Source: Bacilli bacterium
Lineage (GTDB): Bacteria; Bacillota_I; Bacilli_A; RF39; UBA660
Direction: 5' to 3'
DNA length: 64,000 nt
NCBI GenBank assembly: GCA_016283935.1
Contig: JAEENX010000026.1
Span: 30,528 to 94,527, forward strand
Positions 10,550-20,848 of the stretch are shown piece by piece; the first letter of the stretch is position 1, and each line of letters starts with the position of its first letter. A program made the translations under genes and the position numbers. The notes under the pieces were generated by a model. It ran no database searches. It had not been told where the DNA came from and was given only the letters and a program-made list of their open reading frames with translations.

Positions 10550-12746
10550 CTTCCTTAACCTCCTCTGTTAATAGCGATTGTGGACTAATTGATTGTAATG
10601 TAACGGTCAAAACTGATTCTTCATTTAACTCAGTACCAGCCGGTATTGATGAAGTACTTACATATCCATAACCGTCTAAATTATATTTTAAACCAACTAT
10701 ATTACAAAAATCAACAATTTCAGCACTACTCCAGCCTGTTATATCTGGCATTAAAATAGTAGATGAATTAGTTTTTAAGAATACTTTTGATTTTTGAGAT
10801 ACTTTATTATTCTTCTTAGGATATTGAGTCACAACCTTATTTCCATCACCTATAATTACATATTGTATTCCAAGTGTACTTAATTCAGCTTCAGCACTTG
10901 TAACAGTCTTATTAGCTAAATTAGGTAATGTTACGATCTTAGATTCATCTTTATCTGTTTCTCTTGTATCTAAGTTTTTATATTTAGCTACTGATTCAAT
11001 TAAGTTTTTAACTATACCACCCATTTGAGCTGTAGTACCTGTAAAATCCTTAACAGCAACATAAATAATGTATTCAGGATTATCTTTAGGGAATACTCCA
11101 GCAAATGATCTAATAACGTGAACTGAGTCAGCTATATATTTACCACTTTTATCAGTATAATCTGCTGTACCAGTTTTACCAATTACTCTTACAGCATCTG
11201 TATGATATGCTTTACCAGTTATAGTTTTATCTTCAATATTATTAACAGTATTATCCATTAATTCTATAATCTTATTGACTGTATGTGTAGAATATATTTT
11301 TTCAACTTCAGTTCTACCACCTTGATATACTACAGTTCCTTTATTAGGATCTACTATCTTATCAATTATATATGGTTTTAAAACAGTACCATCATTAGTA
11401 ATACTTGTTAATGCTTGTATCATTTGAATTGGTGTAACAGTTACACCTTGTCCATATGAAGCAGAAGCAAGTTCTGAATTATAATTAATATTTAATTTAC
11501 CTTCATATTCGTTAGATAATTCAATTCCTGTTTTAGAACCAAATCCTAATCTTTTGTAATAATTTATTAATTCAGCTTTTCCAACTGACTGAGCTAATTT
11601 AACAGCAGCTGTATTAGATGAATAAGTAAAACCAACATCATATGTTATTTTACCCCAACCCCATTTATTCCAGTCTTTAATCGTATAATCATCAACTGTA
11701 ATAGTACCAGATTGATATAATTCATCACCTTTATAATTTCCTGTTTCCATAGCTGTCATAAATGAAAATATCTTCATTGTAGAACCAGGTTCATATTGAT
11801 ATGAAGTTAAAGGGTTATTATAGTTAGTTATATTTAATTTATTAGGGTCAAATGATGGATAAGTACTAGATCCTATTATTGCTCCTGTATGAGCATCTGC
11901 AATAGTAATATTTACCCAATCATCTGTATCAGCTTCTGTATTAATATATTTTTCAAATCCTTCTACAGCAGCATCTAAGAATATTTGAACTTGTTTATCT
12001 AAAGTTAAATAAATATCATATCCATCTTCTGCAGGAGTTTCATAAGTTGTTGTAGTTGGTAATTGATATCCATATGCATCAGCATCATATGTAATAGATC
12101 CATCTTTACCTTTAAGATATCTATCAGTAAATCCCTCAATACCTAATTCACCAACGTATTCTGCTTTACCTTCTTCATTTTCATATTTTTTAGCATATCC
12201 AACTATATAAGAAGCAAAATCTCCATTTTGATAATATCTTTTACTAGTTTTAATAAAATCTATACCAGGTAAAGCTAATTCTTCAATCTTATTTTTAACT
12301 AATTCAGTTATATTTCTACCACCTGGTCCAAGTTCTACTTGATATACATTTTCAGTATTTAATAATTTCCAAATATATTCATATGTCATAACTGGATTAA
12401 TAGGTTCTAATATTTCAGCTAACTTTCTAGCTGTAGTTTCTTTATCAACAACATGTTTAGGATATCTTTCATCTGTAGTTCTACTCTTAGATAAATAAGC
12501 TATTACAGTATAACTATTAACATTTTGAGCTAATAGATTACCTTGATTATCTAAAATATTACCACGACTAGCTTTTAAAGTTTTAGTTACTTTAGTTCTA
12601 TTAGCAGCAAGTTCTTTAACGTTAGTGCCTTCAACAACATCATTTAATGCTATATATGAAGTCTTTAAAAAAACTGCCACAAAAAAAAGAACAACACAAA
12701 TAGGAAGAAAAATAGACATCTTAATTGTATTGCTCTTATATTTCAT
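10527..12746 (-). CDS. class B penicillin-binding protein (FtsI/PBP2B-type transpeptidase) with C-terminal PASTA domains
   Basis: N-terminal TM, SXXK (STMK), SXN (SSN), KTG (GKTG) motifs in order; located after ftsL in the dcw cluster. Confidence 0.85.
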   Translation of the reverse strand: MKYKSNTIKMSIFLPICVVLFFVAVFLKTSYIALNDVVEGTNVKELAANRTKVTKTLKASRGNILDNQGNLLAQNVNSYTVIAYLSKSRTTDERYPKHVVDKETTARKLAEILEPINPVMTYEYIWKLLNTENVYQVELGPGGRNITELVKNKIEELALPGIDFIKTSKRYYQNGDFASYIVGYAKKYENEEGKAEYVGELGIEGFTDRYLKGKDGSITYDADAYGYQLPTTTTYETPAEDGYDIYLTLDKQVQIFLDAAVEGFEKYINTEADTDDWVNITIADAHTGAIIGSSTYPSFDPNKLNITNYNNPLTSYQYEPGSTMKIFSFMTAMETGNYKGDELYQSGTITVDDYTIKDWNKWGWGKITYDVGFTYSSNTAAVKLAQSVGKAELINYYKRLGFGSKTGIELSNEYEGKLNINYNSELASASYGQGVTVTPIQMIQALTSITNDGTVLKPYIIDKIVDPNKGTVVYQGGRTEVEKIYSTHTVNKIIELMDNTVNNIEDKTITGKAYHTDAVRVIGKTGTADYTDKSGKYIADSVHVIRSFAGVFPKDNPEYIIYVAVKDFTGTTAQMGGIVKNLIESVAKYKNLDTRETDKDESKIVTLPNLANKTVTSAEAELSTLGIQYVIIGDGNKVVTQYPKKNNKVSQKSKVFLKTNSSTILMPDITGWSSAEIVDFCNIVGLKYNLDGYGYVSTSSIPAGTELNEESVLTVTLQSISPQSLLTEEVKEDGKQEGN

Positions 12747-12765
12747 TTTTATACCTTCTTTATGC

Positions 12766-13065
12766 TTATTTAATAACTATTATATTATCATTATTATAGC
12801 TTAATCCATAGGCTTTTGCAACATCTTGGATATTAGATAAGCTTCCCAATTCATCAACTTGCATTGATAAACTAGAGTTAATATTTTCTTGAGTTTCAAT
12901 GTTTTCTTTTAACTTTTCTAACTCTATATTAGTAGTTGATAATGTAGAAGTTGTACCAACAACTACAAACAATGCAGCTAATACACATATAGCAATTAGA
13001 CCTACAAAGAAATTATCCATTGGATATGTTTTTACCTTTGTAACTGTTTTAGTATTCTTCTTCAT
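12766..13065 (-). CDS. ftsL: cell division protein FtsL-like (small bitopic coiled-coil protein)
   Basis: About 99 aa, TM FVGLIAICVLAALFVVV, coiled-coil LEKLKENIETQE; position between rsmH and the PBP gene. Confidence 0.55.
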   Translation of the reverse strand: MKKNTKTVTKVKTYPMDNFFVGLIAICVLAALFVVVGTTSTLSTTNIELEKLKENIETQENINSSLSMQVDELGSLSNIQDVAKAYGLSYNNDNIIVIK

Positions 13066-13070
13066 ATTTT

Positions 13071-13997
13071 TTACACCCTTTCAACTACTCTTAACTTAGC
13101 ACTTTTACTTCTTGAATTTTCACTTAACTCTTTTTCACTTGCTAAGATTGGCTTCTTATTTATTATTTTTAATCTTGGTTTCTTATCTTCAGGTATATCT
13201 TGTTCTCTCATACCTTGATAGAAACTATCATATTCAGATTCTTTCTTAAATGTTTGTTTTACTATTCTATCTTCTAATGAATGGAAAGTAATAACTGATA
13301 TTCTTCCACCTTTATTTAAAAGATCAATAGCATCAGGTAAAACATTTTCTAATACCTTTAATTCTTGATTAACTTCAATTCTTATTGCTTGGAATATTTG
13401 TCTTTCCGGATGACTCTTTAAAGCATATTTAGTGGGAACACTTTTTTGAATCACATCTACCAATTGCATTGTTGTATCAATTGGTCTTGCTTTAACAATA
13501 TTCTTAGCAATACTTTTACTAAACTTTTCTTCTCCATATTTGAAGAATATTTCAGTTAATTTTTGTTCTGTATATTCATTAATAACTTCATATGCAGAGA
13601 ATGTTGAATCTCTATCCATTCTCATATCAAGTTTTGAATCTCTCATGAATGAAAAACCTCTTTCAGGATTATCTATTTGTGGGGAAGAAAATCCTAAGTC
13701 GAATAATATTCCATCTACATGATCAATTCCTTCTTCTTTTAAACATTCTTTTAAATGTTCAAAGTTTGAATGGATTATTTTGAAATTATTACTTATTTTA
13801 CTTAATCTATCAGTCGAATAATCTATAGCTTCTTGATCTTGATCAAAAGCATATAGAAAACCATTTTTTAATCTTTTAAGTATTTCACTTGAATGTCCTG
13901 CATAGCCACAAGTACAATCAACATAAATACCATTTTCTTTAATGTTAAGTCCGTCTATAGATTCTTTTAACATAACACTATAATGCATTGTAACCAC
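13071..13997 (-). CDS. rsmH: 16S rRNA (cytosine1402-N4)-methyltransferase RsmH (MraW)
   Basis: DCTCGYAGHS, FDLGFSSPQID, SLEDRIVK motifs; follows mraZ. Confidence 0.9.
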   Translation of the reverse strand: MVTMHYSVMLKESIDGLNIKENGIYVDCTCGYAGHSSEILKRLKNGFLYAFDQDQEAIDYSTDRLSKISNNFKIIHSNFEHLKECLKEEGIDHVDGILFDLGFSSPQIDNPERGFSFMRDSKLDMRMDRDSTFSAYEVINEYTEQKLTEIFFKYGEEKFSKSIAKNIVKARPIDTTMQLVDVIQKSVPTKYALKSHPERQIFQAIRIEVNQELKVLENVLPDAIDLLNKGGRISVITFHSLEDRIVKQTFKKESEYDSFYQGMREQDIPEDKKPRLKIINKKPILASEKELSENSRSKSAKLRVVERV

Positions 13998-14421
13998 CTT
14001 CGTTGAATAAGTTTTCTGCTATGTTTTCAAACTCTTTTGAATTGTCGTTTAAGAACTTATCCCAAGATTCTTTAGACCAAACTTCTAGACGATCGTTTGC
14101 GCCGATTATAACACACTCTTTTGTTATATCGGCGTATTCGATCAATGGGGAGGTAATGCAAACACGACCGGCATTGTCTAGTTCACATTCAATAGCGCCA
14201 GATAAGAAAAATCTTGTAAAATAGCGTGAGTCACGATGCGTGAATGGTAACTTCTTTAATTCGGCAACAATTGAGTTCCATTCTTCAAGTGAGTAAATGA
14301 ATAAACATTTGTCTAATCCTCTTGTTAAGATGAACTTCTTGCCAATATCAGCACGAAATTTCGAAGGAATAACCAAACGATTTTTTTCATCTACATTATG
14401 ATGATATTCACCTATTAGCAT
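13978..14421 (-). CDS. mraZ: transcriptional regulator MraZ
   Basis: MLIGEYHHNVDEKNRLVIPSKFR and duplicated MraZ fold; the ORF-track start at 14445 is a GTG, the internal ATG at 14421 is more likely. Confidence 0.9.
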   Translation of the reverse strand: MLIGEYHHNVDEKNRLVIPSKFRADIGKKFILTRGLDKCLFIYSLEEWNSIVAELKKLPFTHRDSRYFTRFFLSGAIECELDNAGRVCITSPLIEYADITKECVIIGANDRLEVWSKESWDKFLNDNSKEFENIAENLFNEGGYNAL

Positions 14422-14550
14422 ATCGTGTTCCCCACTTTCTTCCACAATCTACCACTATCTACATATTATAATACTCTTATTCCCACTTAAAAACAATAAA
14501 AAACCTTACATTTTTGCAATGTTTACGCAATAAAAAAACTAGGTGTAAAC

Positions 14551-16356
14551 CTAGTTCATTACTCTCTTAAACATTCGATCTAATTCATATGCTGAATAGT
14601 TAATAATTGTTGGTCTTCCATGAGCACAATTATATGGATTTTCACATTTAAATAAGTCATCTAATAATATTTTAGCTTGTTCTAATGAAATATATTCATG
14701 AGCTCTAACAGACATCTTACATGCAGTAGTTTGAGCAATTCTTTTTAAGAATTTCATTCTATCAAATTTAACTGCATCTTCTATTAATATATCAAGAATA
14801 TGTTTAATTAATGTATCTTCATAACCTTCTCTTAACCAATCTGGATGCTCTTTAATAGCTATTGTATTTATACCAAATTCTTCAATAGTAAAACCTAATG
14901 ATTCTAATACATCAATTTTATTCATGATTAATTGATAATCAGATGGACTGAATTCATATGTTAAAGGAAATAACATTATTTTCTTATTAACATTTTCTTC
15001 TTGCATCTTTTTTTGAACCATTTCGTAATTGATACGTTCATGAGCAGCATGTTGATCAATTATGTACATACCACCTTCACCTTCAGCAATAATAAATGTT
15101 TGCATTACTATTCCTACAGGTGTTAAATCCAATCTTTTAATATCTTCATTTATTTCTTTAGTATCATCACTTGATTCAAATACTAATTGTTGAGCTTCTT
15201 CAAAGGTATGTTCTTTTTCTTCTACTTCTACCTTTGTATAATCCATTTGTAGTTGTTCTTCAGTTTTAAATAAATCATCATTAACGACAATTGTATTATT
15301 ATCTTTTTCAATCATTGAAGGAGCAACAACATTAACATTAACTTCTTTAGTTTGTACTAATAAAGTTTTTCTTAATCCTTCATCTATTACTTTAAGTAAT
15401 ATATTTGTTAATTCTTCTAACTTAGAGAATTTAATATCTGCTTTAGATGGATGAATATTAACATCTATCAAAGTTGGATCAGTTTCAATATTTATTACAA
15501 CAACCGGATATTTAATATCTGGTTTAAAATCTCTATAACCATCATTTATAGCACGATTAATATCAACATTTTTAACTACTCTTCCATTTACTAAAGTAGT
15601 CATATGATTTCTATTACTTTTTAATATACTTGGTTTGCAAATATAACCTGATATATCAAAGTCATCTGAAGAATAGCTTATACCTATCATATTAGATGAT
15701 ATAGTATAACCATATAATTCATGTATTACTTTAAGTAAATCACCTGAACCAGATGTATATACTACTTTTCTACTATTACTTGTTAAAGTAAATGATATAG
15801 ATGGATTAGCTAAAGCTAACTTTTCCATATATTGAGTAACATTAGCAAGTTCAGTCGAATCACTTTTTAAATACTTCAATCTAGCAGGAGTATTATAAAA
15901 TAAATCATCTATTGTTATAATAGTTCCTCTTCTAGCATCACATGATTCATTTTCAATTAGTTTTCCACCTTCAATATGAACATGTGTACCTACTTCACCT
16001 TCTGAAGTTCTTAAATCAACTTTAGAAACAGATGCAATTGATGCAAGTGCTTCACCTCTAAATCCTAAAGTATTAATAAAAAATAAGTCTTCATCTTTTC
16101 TTATTTTAGATGTAGCATGTCTTTCAAATGCAAGTAATGCATCTTCTTTATCCATACCTACACCATCATCAGTAACCTTTATTTCTTTAGTACCAGCATC
16201 AATTAAATCTACAATTATATTTTTAGATTTAGCATCAATACTGTTTTCAACAAGTTCTTTAACAACACTTGCAATTCTTTCAACTACTTCACCAGCAGCT
16301 ATCTTATTTGCTAAGGTATCTGACATTACATGTATTCTAGTCATTTCTACCTCCAA
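14551..16356 (-). CDS. mutL: DNA mismatch repair protein MutL
   Basis: IAAGEVVERIASVVKELVENSIDA GHKL ATPase N-terminus; C-terminal dimerisation/endonuclease region (QHAAHERI, CAHGRP). Confidence 0.9.
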   Translation of the reverse strand: MEVEMTRIHVMSDTLANKIAAGEVVERIASVVKELVENSIDAKSKNIIVDLIDAGTKEIKVTDDGVGMDKEDALLAFERHATSKIRKDEDLFFINTLGFRGEALASIASVSKVDLRTSEGEVGTHVHIEGGKLIENESCDARRGTIITIDDLFYNTPARLKYLKSDSTELANVTQYMEKLALANPSISFTLTSNSRKVVYTSGSGDLLKVIHELYGYTISSNMIGISYSSDDFDISGYICKPSILKSNRNHMTTLVNGRVVKNVDINRAINDGYRDFKPDIKYPVVVINIETDPTLIDVNIHPSKADIKFSKLEELTNILLKVIDEGLRKTLLVQTKEVNVNVVAPSMIEKDNNTIVVNDDLFKTEEQLQMDYTKVEVEEKEHTFEEAQQLVFESSDDTKEINEDIKRLDLTPVGIVMQTFIIAEGEGGMYIIDQHAAHERINYEMVQKKMQEENVNKKIMLFPLTYEFSPSDYQLIMNKIDVLESLGFTIEEFGINTIAIKEHPDWLREGYEDTLIKHILDILIEDAVKFDRMKFLKRIAQTTACKMSVRAHEYISLEQAKILLDDLFKCENPYNCAHGRPTIINYSAYELDRMFKRVMN

Positions 16357-17308
16357 ATAAAGATTTTCTTAACTCTATATTTTTACTATCTAAATTAGTT
16401 ACAACTGTAGTATCTTTCTTAAAACTAATAAATCCTATACCTAATAATACTAAATCAGTATTTGCTTCTATCTTTATTTCATTAGAAACATTAACTTCTT
16501 TAAATACTTTCTTTATAGGTTTAGGCAAATTAACATTGTTATAGAAAACAATTGGAGACCCCCCATTAAACTTAATAAAGAATTTATCATTTAATAATTC
16601 TACAGTTTCATTTTCTTTAACATTTAAACTATATGATTTAATATCTTTATTTTCTACATTTGATTTAATAGCATCATCTAAGATAAATCCTGGACTATCT
16701 ATTAAAGTTAAGTTTTTATTAATATTAACCCTTATAAAATCTAATGTTGTATTAGCTTTATTATTAGTAGTAATCTTAGTTAATTTAGATTCACATATAG
16801 TTAATAAATCATTTATTAAAGTAGATTTACCAGAATTAGATATACCTAATATATATGCTTCTTTTATATAATGATCTTCTAAATATTTAAGGATAGACTT
16901 GGCTCCATGAGTTGCTGTTCCACCTTTTAATTTAATATCAGATGATATACCATATTCATCTCTTAAGAAATGAATAATATTATCACGATAAACATCATTA
17001 GGTAATAATTCACATTTATTAACTACAAGTAATTTATCTTTCTTAATAGATTTAAATATATCTAAAGTATGATTAGATATATTTAAAAAATCTGTTAAGA
17101 ATATAACAAACTTATTATCTTTATTAATCTTATTAATTATTTCATGAATGTCTTTTGGAGTAACAACTTCTTTGTTTTCTCCATAATGGATCATTCTGAA
17201 ACATCTCATACAATATTCAGAATCTTCTTTTCCTTTAGGAACGTAACCTAACTTTTCTTTATCTTCACTTTGTAATTTAGATCCACAACCAAAACAAATT
17301 TTATTCAT
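16337..17308 (-). CDS. yqeH: ribosome-biogenesis GTPase YqeH (circularly permuted GTPase with N-terminal zinc finger)
   Basis: CFGCG...CMRCF zinc finger; VVNKCELL (G4), GISNSGKST (G1), DSPGF (G3) in permuted order. Confidence 0.8.
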   Translation of the reverse strand: MNKICFGCGSKLQSEDKEKLGYVPKGKEDSEYCMRCFRMIHYGENKEVVTPKDIHEIINKINKDNKFVIFLTDFLNISNHTLDIFKSIKKDKLLVVNKCELLPNDVYRDNIIHFLRDEYGISSDIKLKGGTATHGAKSILKYLEDHYIKEAYILGISNSGKSTLINDLLTICESKLTKITTNNKANTTLDFIRVNINKNLTLIDSPGFILDDAIKSNVENKDIKSYSLNVKENETVELLNDKFFIKFNGGSPIVFYNNVNLPKPIKKVFKEVNVSNEIKIEANTDLVLLGIGFISFKKDTTVVTNLDSKNIELRKSLFGGRND

Positions 17309-17858
17309 AATAACGTCCCTTCTTAAATAAATCTTTCTTTTCTAGACTATTAAATATTACATTTTCTACTCTTCTTGTATAACTAGTAACAGCTAATTTA
17401 TCATCACTTATAGGATTAACATATATACTTGTTATTCCAGCTCTATTAGCAGCATAAATATCAAAGAATAAACTGCTTCCTATTAAAGCTATTTCATAAT
17501 GTTTTAATTCATACATTTTCATAGCTTTTTTAATTTTAAATTTAAATGGTTTCATAGCCTTATAAGCTGAATCTACACATAATAATTCTTTAAATGGAGT
17601 AACTCTTTTTTTAGATTCATTACTTATAATAATGCATCTAAACCCCATATCTCTTAAATCTTCAAATAAGTCTTTAACTTTATTAGTTGGAGTCTTAATT
17701 GTTTCGGGTACCAAAGTATTAGACACATTAAAAACAAGGCATTTAACACCTGATTTTTTCAATGCCTTATAATCTATATCATATATACTTTTAAAATACT
17801 TATCTGGTACGAATCTATCAAACATACATAATCCTCCATGACTCTTTAATTTTATCAT
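17301..17858 (-). CDS. yqeG: YqeG-family HAD-IIIA phosphatase homologue with catalytic Asp residues substituted
   Basis: Collinear with B. subtilis YqeG (FDRFVPDKYFKSIYDIDYKALKKSGVK...), but motif I reads VFNVSNTLV instead of DLDNTLV and motif IV reads GSS instead of GDQ. Confidence 0.65.
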   Translation of the reverse strand: MIKLKSHGGLCMFDRFVPDKYFKSIYDIDYKALKKSGVKCLVFNVSNTLVPETIKTPTNKVKDLFEDLRDMGFRCIIISNESKKRVTPFKELLCVDSAYKAMKPFKFKIKKAMKMYELKHYEIALIGSSLFFDIYAANRAGITSIYVNPISDDKLAVTSYTRRVENVIFNSLEKKDLFKKGRYYE

Positions 17859-17900
17859 ATTTGCAAAATAAAAAGAATAGTTTAACTATTCTTTTATTTA

Positions 17901-18455
17901 TTAAGTACATGCTTTGAAGCAAGCTTCTCTACCTTCACGGTCTCCTATACTTTCACATCTATCCTTACATGATTGAGTTGGTGAAGTTGCACAGCTATTT
18001 AAACAAGCTTGTCTTCCTTCTCTATCTCCAATAGATTCACATCTTTCAGTACATGATTGAGTTCTTGCTGGAGGAGCAGCAGATGAATCATCTATTCCTT
18101 GTAAGTCACATTGACTAGTTAATCCCATAGCATTTAATCCTAATTGAACTAATGTAGGAATAAAGATTAATATTACTACATATAAAACTCTTTTCTTTAA
18201 TCTATTAAATACTTTCTTTAATTCAGCAGCTCCATCACCTTTTGTAAGAGATTGAATAGTTTCAAATATTGTAAAACCAATCATTAATAAAGGTGCTGCA
18301 ATTCTAAATGCTTTTAATACGCCAACTAAATCTTTAGTAACTTTAGGACCTAATACACATCCATTTCCAGCTGTTGCTGTTCCTGCAAATACAGTTGGTA
18401 TAACCAATAAACACATTAGTAATACAAATACTAATATTTTTTTACTTTTTTTCAT
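17901..18455 (-). CDS. signal-peptide membrane protein with two tandem twin-CX3C Cys-rich C-terminal repeats
   Basis: MKKSKKILVFVLLMCLLVIPTVFA signal; two further hydrophobic helices; C-terminus SCTERCESIGDREGRQACLNSCAT / SCKDRCESIGDREGREACFKACT. Confidence 0.5.
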   Translation of the reverse strand: MKKSKKILVFVLLMCLLVIPTVFAGTATAGNGCVLGPKVTKDLVGVLKAFRIAAPLLMIGFTIFETIQSLTKGDGAAELKKVFNRLKKRVLYVVILIFIPTLVQLGLNAMGLTSQCDLQGIDDSSAAPPARTQSCTERCESIGDREGRQACLNSCATSPTQSCKDRCESIGDREGREACFKACT

Positions 18456-18509
18456 ACTTTTTCACCTACTAATATTATAAAACAATAATTAATATATATA
18501 AATAATTAA

Positions 18510-19145
18510 CTACCTTTTCTTTACAGTTATTTTATTTATACTTATATAATAGTATATAGATAATACTAATTGAACAATATTTGCTATTAAATAAAATAAC
18601 ATATATTTATTATATAAGTAATCTATTATATCTAAATTAAAATAAAATGATTTATACATTATAAAATTAATTATGAATCCAAAGAAAGAAGACATAAATA
18701 CAAAATTATATATTTCACATTTTAAATTTAAATATAATTCAAATGTAACTATTACTAAAGATATCATAACTATTATTACTATTATTTTAATAAAATTATA
18801 TTTATTATGTTCAATAAAATAATTATCTATTTTAACATTCTTACTATATATATCATTTATATCTTTATTATCAAATCTATGTATTTGAATATTATCAAAA
18901 TTATTAGAAACATAATCATTTATATCTGCTTTAACTTCATCTACAGTTAATTCATATTTATAATCACTATCTAGATACTCTATTTGTTCTTTTATATTAT
19001 TATATTTAATTTCATAATAATTATATTTTTCCATATATCTTTTAATATAATTTTTATTAAATATAGTTAAGAAACTAAAAAGAAATAATACAGTAAAAGA
19101 TAATAATAAACCAATTAATACACTATTAAATATTTCTTTTTTCAT
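18510..19145 (-). CDS. integral membrane protein, unknown function
   Basis: Several hydrophobic helices; N/Y/I-rich; no motif. Confidence 0.35.
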   Translation of the reverse strand: MKKEIFNSVLIGLLLSFTVLFLFSFLTIFNKNYIKRYMEKYNYYEIKYNNIKEQIEYLDSDYKYELTVDEVKADINDYVSNNFDNIQIHRFDNKDINDIYSKNVKIDNYFIEHNKYNFIKIIVIIVMISLVIVTFELYLNLKCEIYNFVFMSSFFGFIINFIMYKSFYFNLDIIDYLYNKYMLFYLIANIVQLVLSIYYYISINKITVKKR

Positions 19146-19593
19146 TCTTACCTCTACCTAATATTAATCTATAATATAAATAACTAGATATTAAAGCTGC
19201 AGATGAATCCCACATAACATCTATAATATTTCCTGATCTACTAGCAACAAAATATTGATGTAATTCATCTGATATTGCATATAAAATACATATTATTCCA
19301 GATATTAACAATGTTTTAGTTTTAACATCCCATATATATAATGCATTCATTACTAAAAAAGCTAATACAAAATATATAAAGAAATGAGCTCCTTTTCTTA
19401 CTACAAATTGATATCTATCAACTATTATATTCATTTCATCAGTTCCATCTTTTACATTAGTAAAAGTTTCAGTAATAAGTACTATTACTTTTCTACTTGT
19501 ACTACCAGATTCTTCTCCATTACTACATGAAAAAGAAAATATTACACCCATCCATACTAAAACTAAAATTATAGATATTATTTTCTTTACCAT
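19126..19593 (-). CDS. VanZ-family membrane protein
   Basis: VRKGAHFFIYFVLAFL and SDELHQYFVASRSGNIIDVMWDSSAA match VanZ-like signatures. Confidence 0.65.
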   Translation of the reverse strand: MVKKIISIILVLVWMGVIFSFSCSNGEESGSTSRKVIVLITETFTNVKDGTDEMNIIVDRYQFVVRKGAHFFIYFVLAFLVMNALYIWDVKTKTLLISGIICILYAISDELHQYFVASRSGNIIDVMWDSSAALISSYLYYRLILGRGKNEKRNI

Positions 19594-20207
19594 TATATAT
19601 TAGTCCTACTTTCAATATATTCATTTGATACTTTAATAAATTCTTTAATATATTTCATATCGAATTCTTGTTTTTCATCTTGTCTACTATTAAAGTCATA
19701 TTGAATTAATAATTCATGTTTTCTATTACCTTCAGTAATAACTCTTTCCCATGCATTTATATTACCATATTTAGTAGATAATTCTTTATATAAGAATAAT
19801 TGAAATTCTTCCATATCAGATGTTTTATCTTCTTTTAAATATATATCTCTTACTACATCTATTTTTTCTTTATTAAAGAATAAATTATTAACATATCCTA
19901 TTCTAACAAACTTAACATTTTCTTCTTCAAATGTATCTACTATATCAAATATTATACCTTCTAATTTATCAAAGTAATTATGATTAACTACAAAGTTTAA
20001 TGTTTCCATATTACATCTTAAAAAGAATTCAGTATTTTCTTGAAATATAATAACTGGAGCTCTTCCATCTTTTGAAACAGGTAATAATATAGGATTACCT
20101 AATTCTTTATATCTATTACATAATTCTTGAGCTATAGTCATAGGATTATAATTAACATTATCATCAAAATATAAGCATATTTCCTTAGAATCATTCATAT
20201 TATTCAC
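19593..20207 (-). CDS. hypothetical cytoplasmic protein
   Basis: ORF with SD; no recognised motif. Confidence 0.35.
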   Translation of the reverse strand: MNNMNDSKEICLYFDDNVNYNPMTIAQELCNRYKELGNPILLPVSKDGRAPVIIFQENTEFFLRCNMETLNFVVNHNYFDKLEGIIFDIVDTFEEENVKFVRIGYVNNLFFNKEKIDVVRDIYLKEDKTSDMEEFQLFLYKELSTKYGNINAWERVITEGNRKHELLIQYDFNSRQDEKQEFDMKYIKEFIKVSNEYIESRTNI

Positions 20208-20293
20208 CTACTTAAATTATATCATATAATTAAATGATTGACTAAAACAATTAAAAGTGATAGATTATCACATATTGAGGGGAAAAAAACGAC

Positions 20294-20848
20294 ATGAACA
20301 AATTACAAAAAGCAAAATATTCAGTAATGTATCCTTATAATCAAGGTGCTTATTTTGAATTACCAGAAGAATTTAAAAAGAACACTGATATAGTTAAAAT
20401 ATGTATAGTTAAAAATAGAAATAACGTTAAACGTATTGCATCTATAGTTGCTGAATATTTAAAATATCATAATTTAACAGATCAAGGTTCATTAGAAATA
20501 ATAATTATGTTAAAGAAATTATTAAATGAAGATCAAAAGAAAATTATATGTTTCAATCTATATGAAGAACTACTTAATAGAATTGTAAGTGGTAGTACAT
20601 TTGAAGAAATATATGCTAAATATCCTAATAAAGTTGTATTACATTATTTAATACATAAACAATTAGAAATGTTCTTTAGAACATTTAAGATGGATAGATC
20701 TTCAGAAGAAAGAATTGTAGATCAATTTATTCAAATATATGATCAAGAATTAGGATATTATTTATTCAATCATAAAAATATGTTAAAAAGATATGTAGTA
20801 CCTAATATCAAGAAAGATAAACCAATAGAAAAGAAGCTAACTATTTAG
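20294..20848 (+). CDS. hypothetical cytoplasmic protein
   Basis: ORF preceded by gaggggaaaaaaacgac; no recognised motif. Confidence 0.35.
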   Translation: MNKLQKAKYSVMYPYNQGAYFELPEEFKKNTDIVKICIVKNRNNVKRIASIVAEYLKYHNLTDQGSLEIIIMLKKLLNEDQKKIICFNLYEELLNRIVSGSTFEEIYAKYPNKVVLHYLIHKQLEMFFRTFKMDRSSEERIVDQFIQIYDQELGYYLFNHKNMLKRYVVPNIKKDKPIEKKLTI

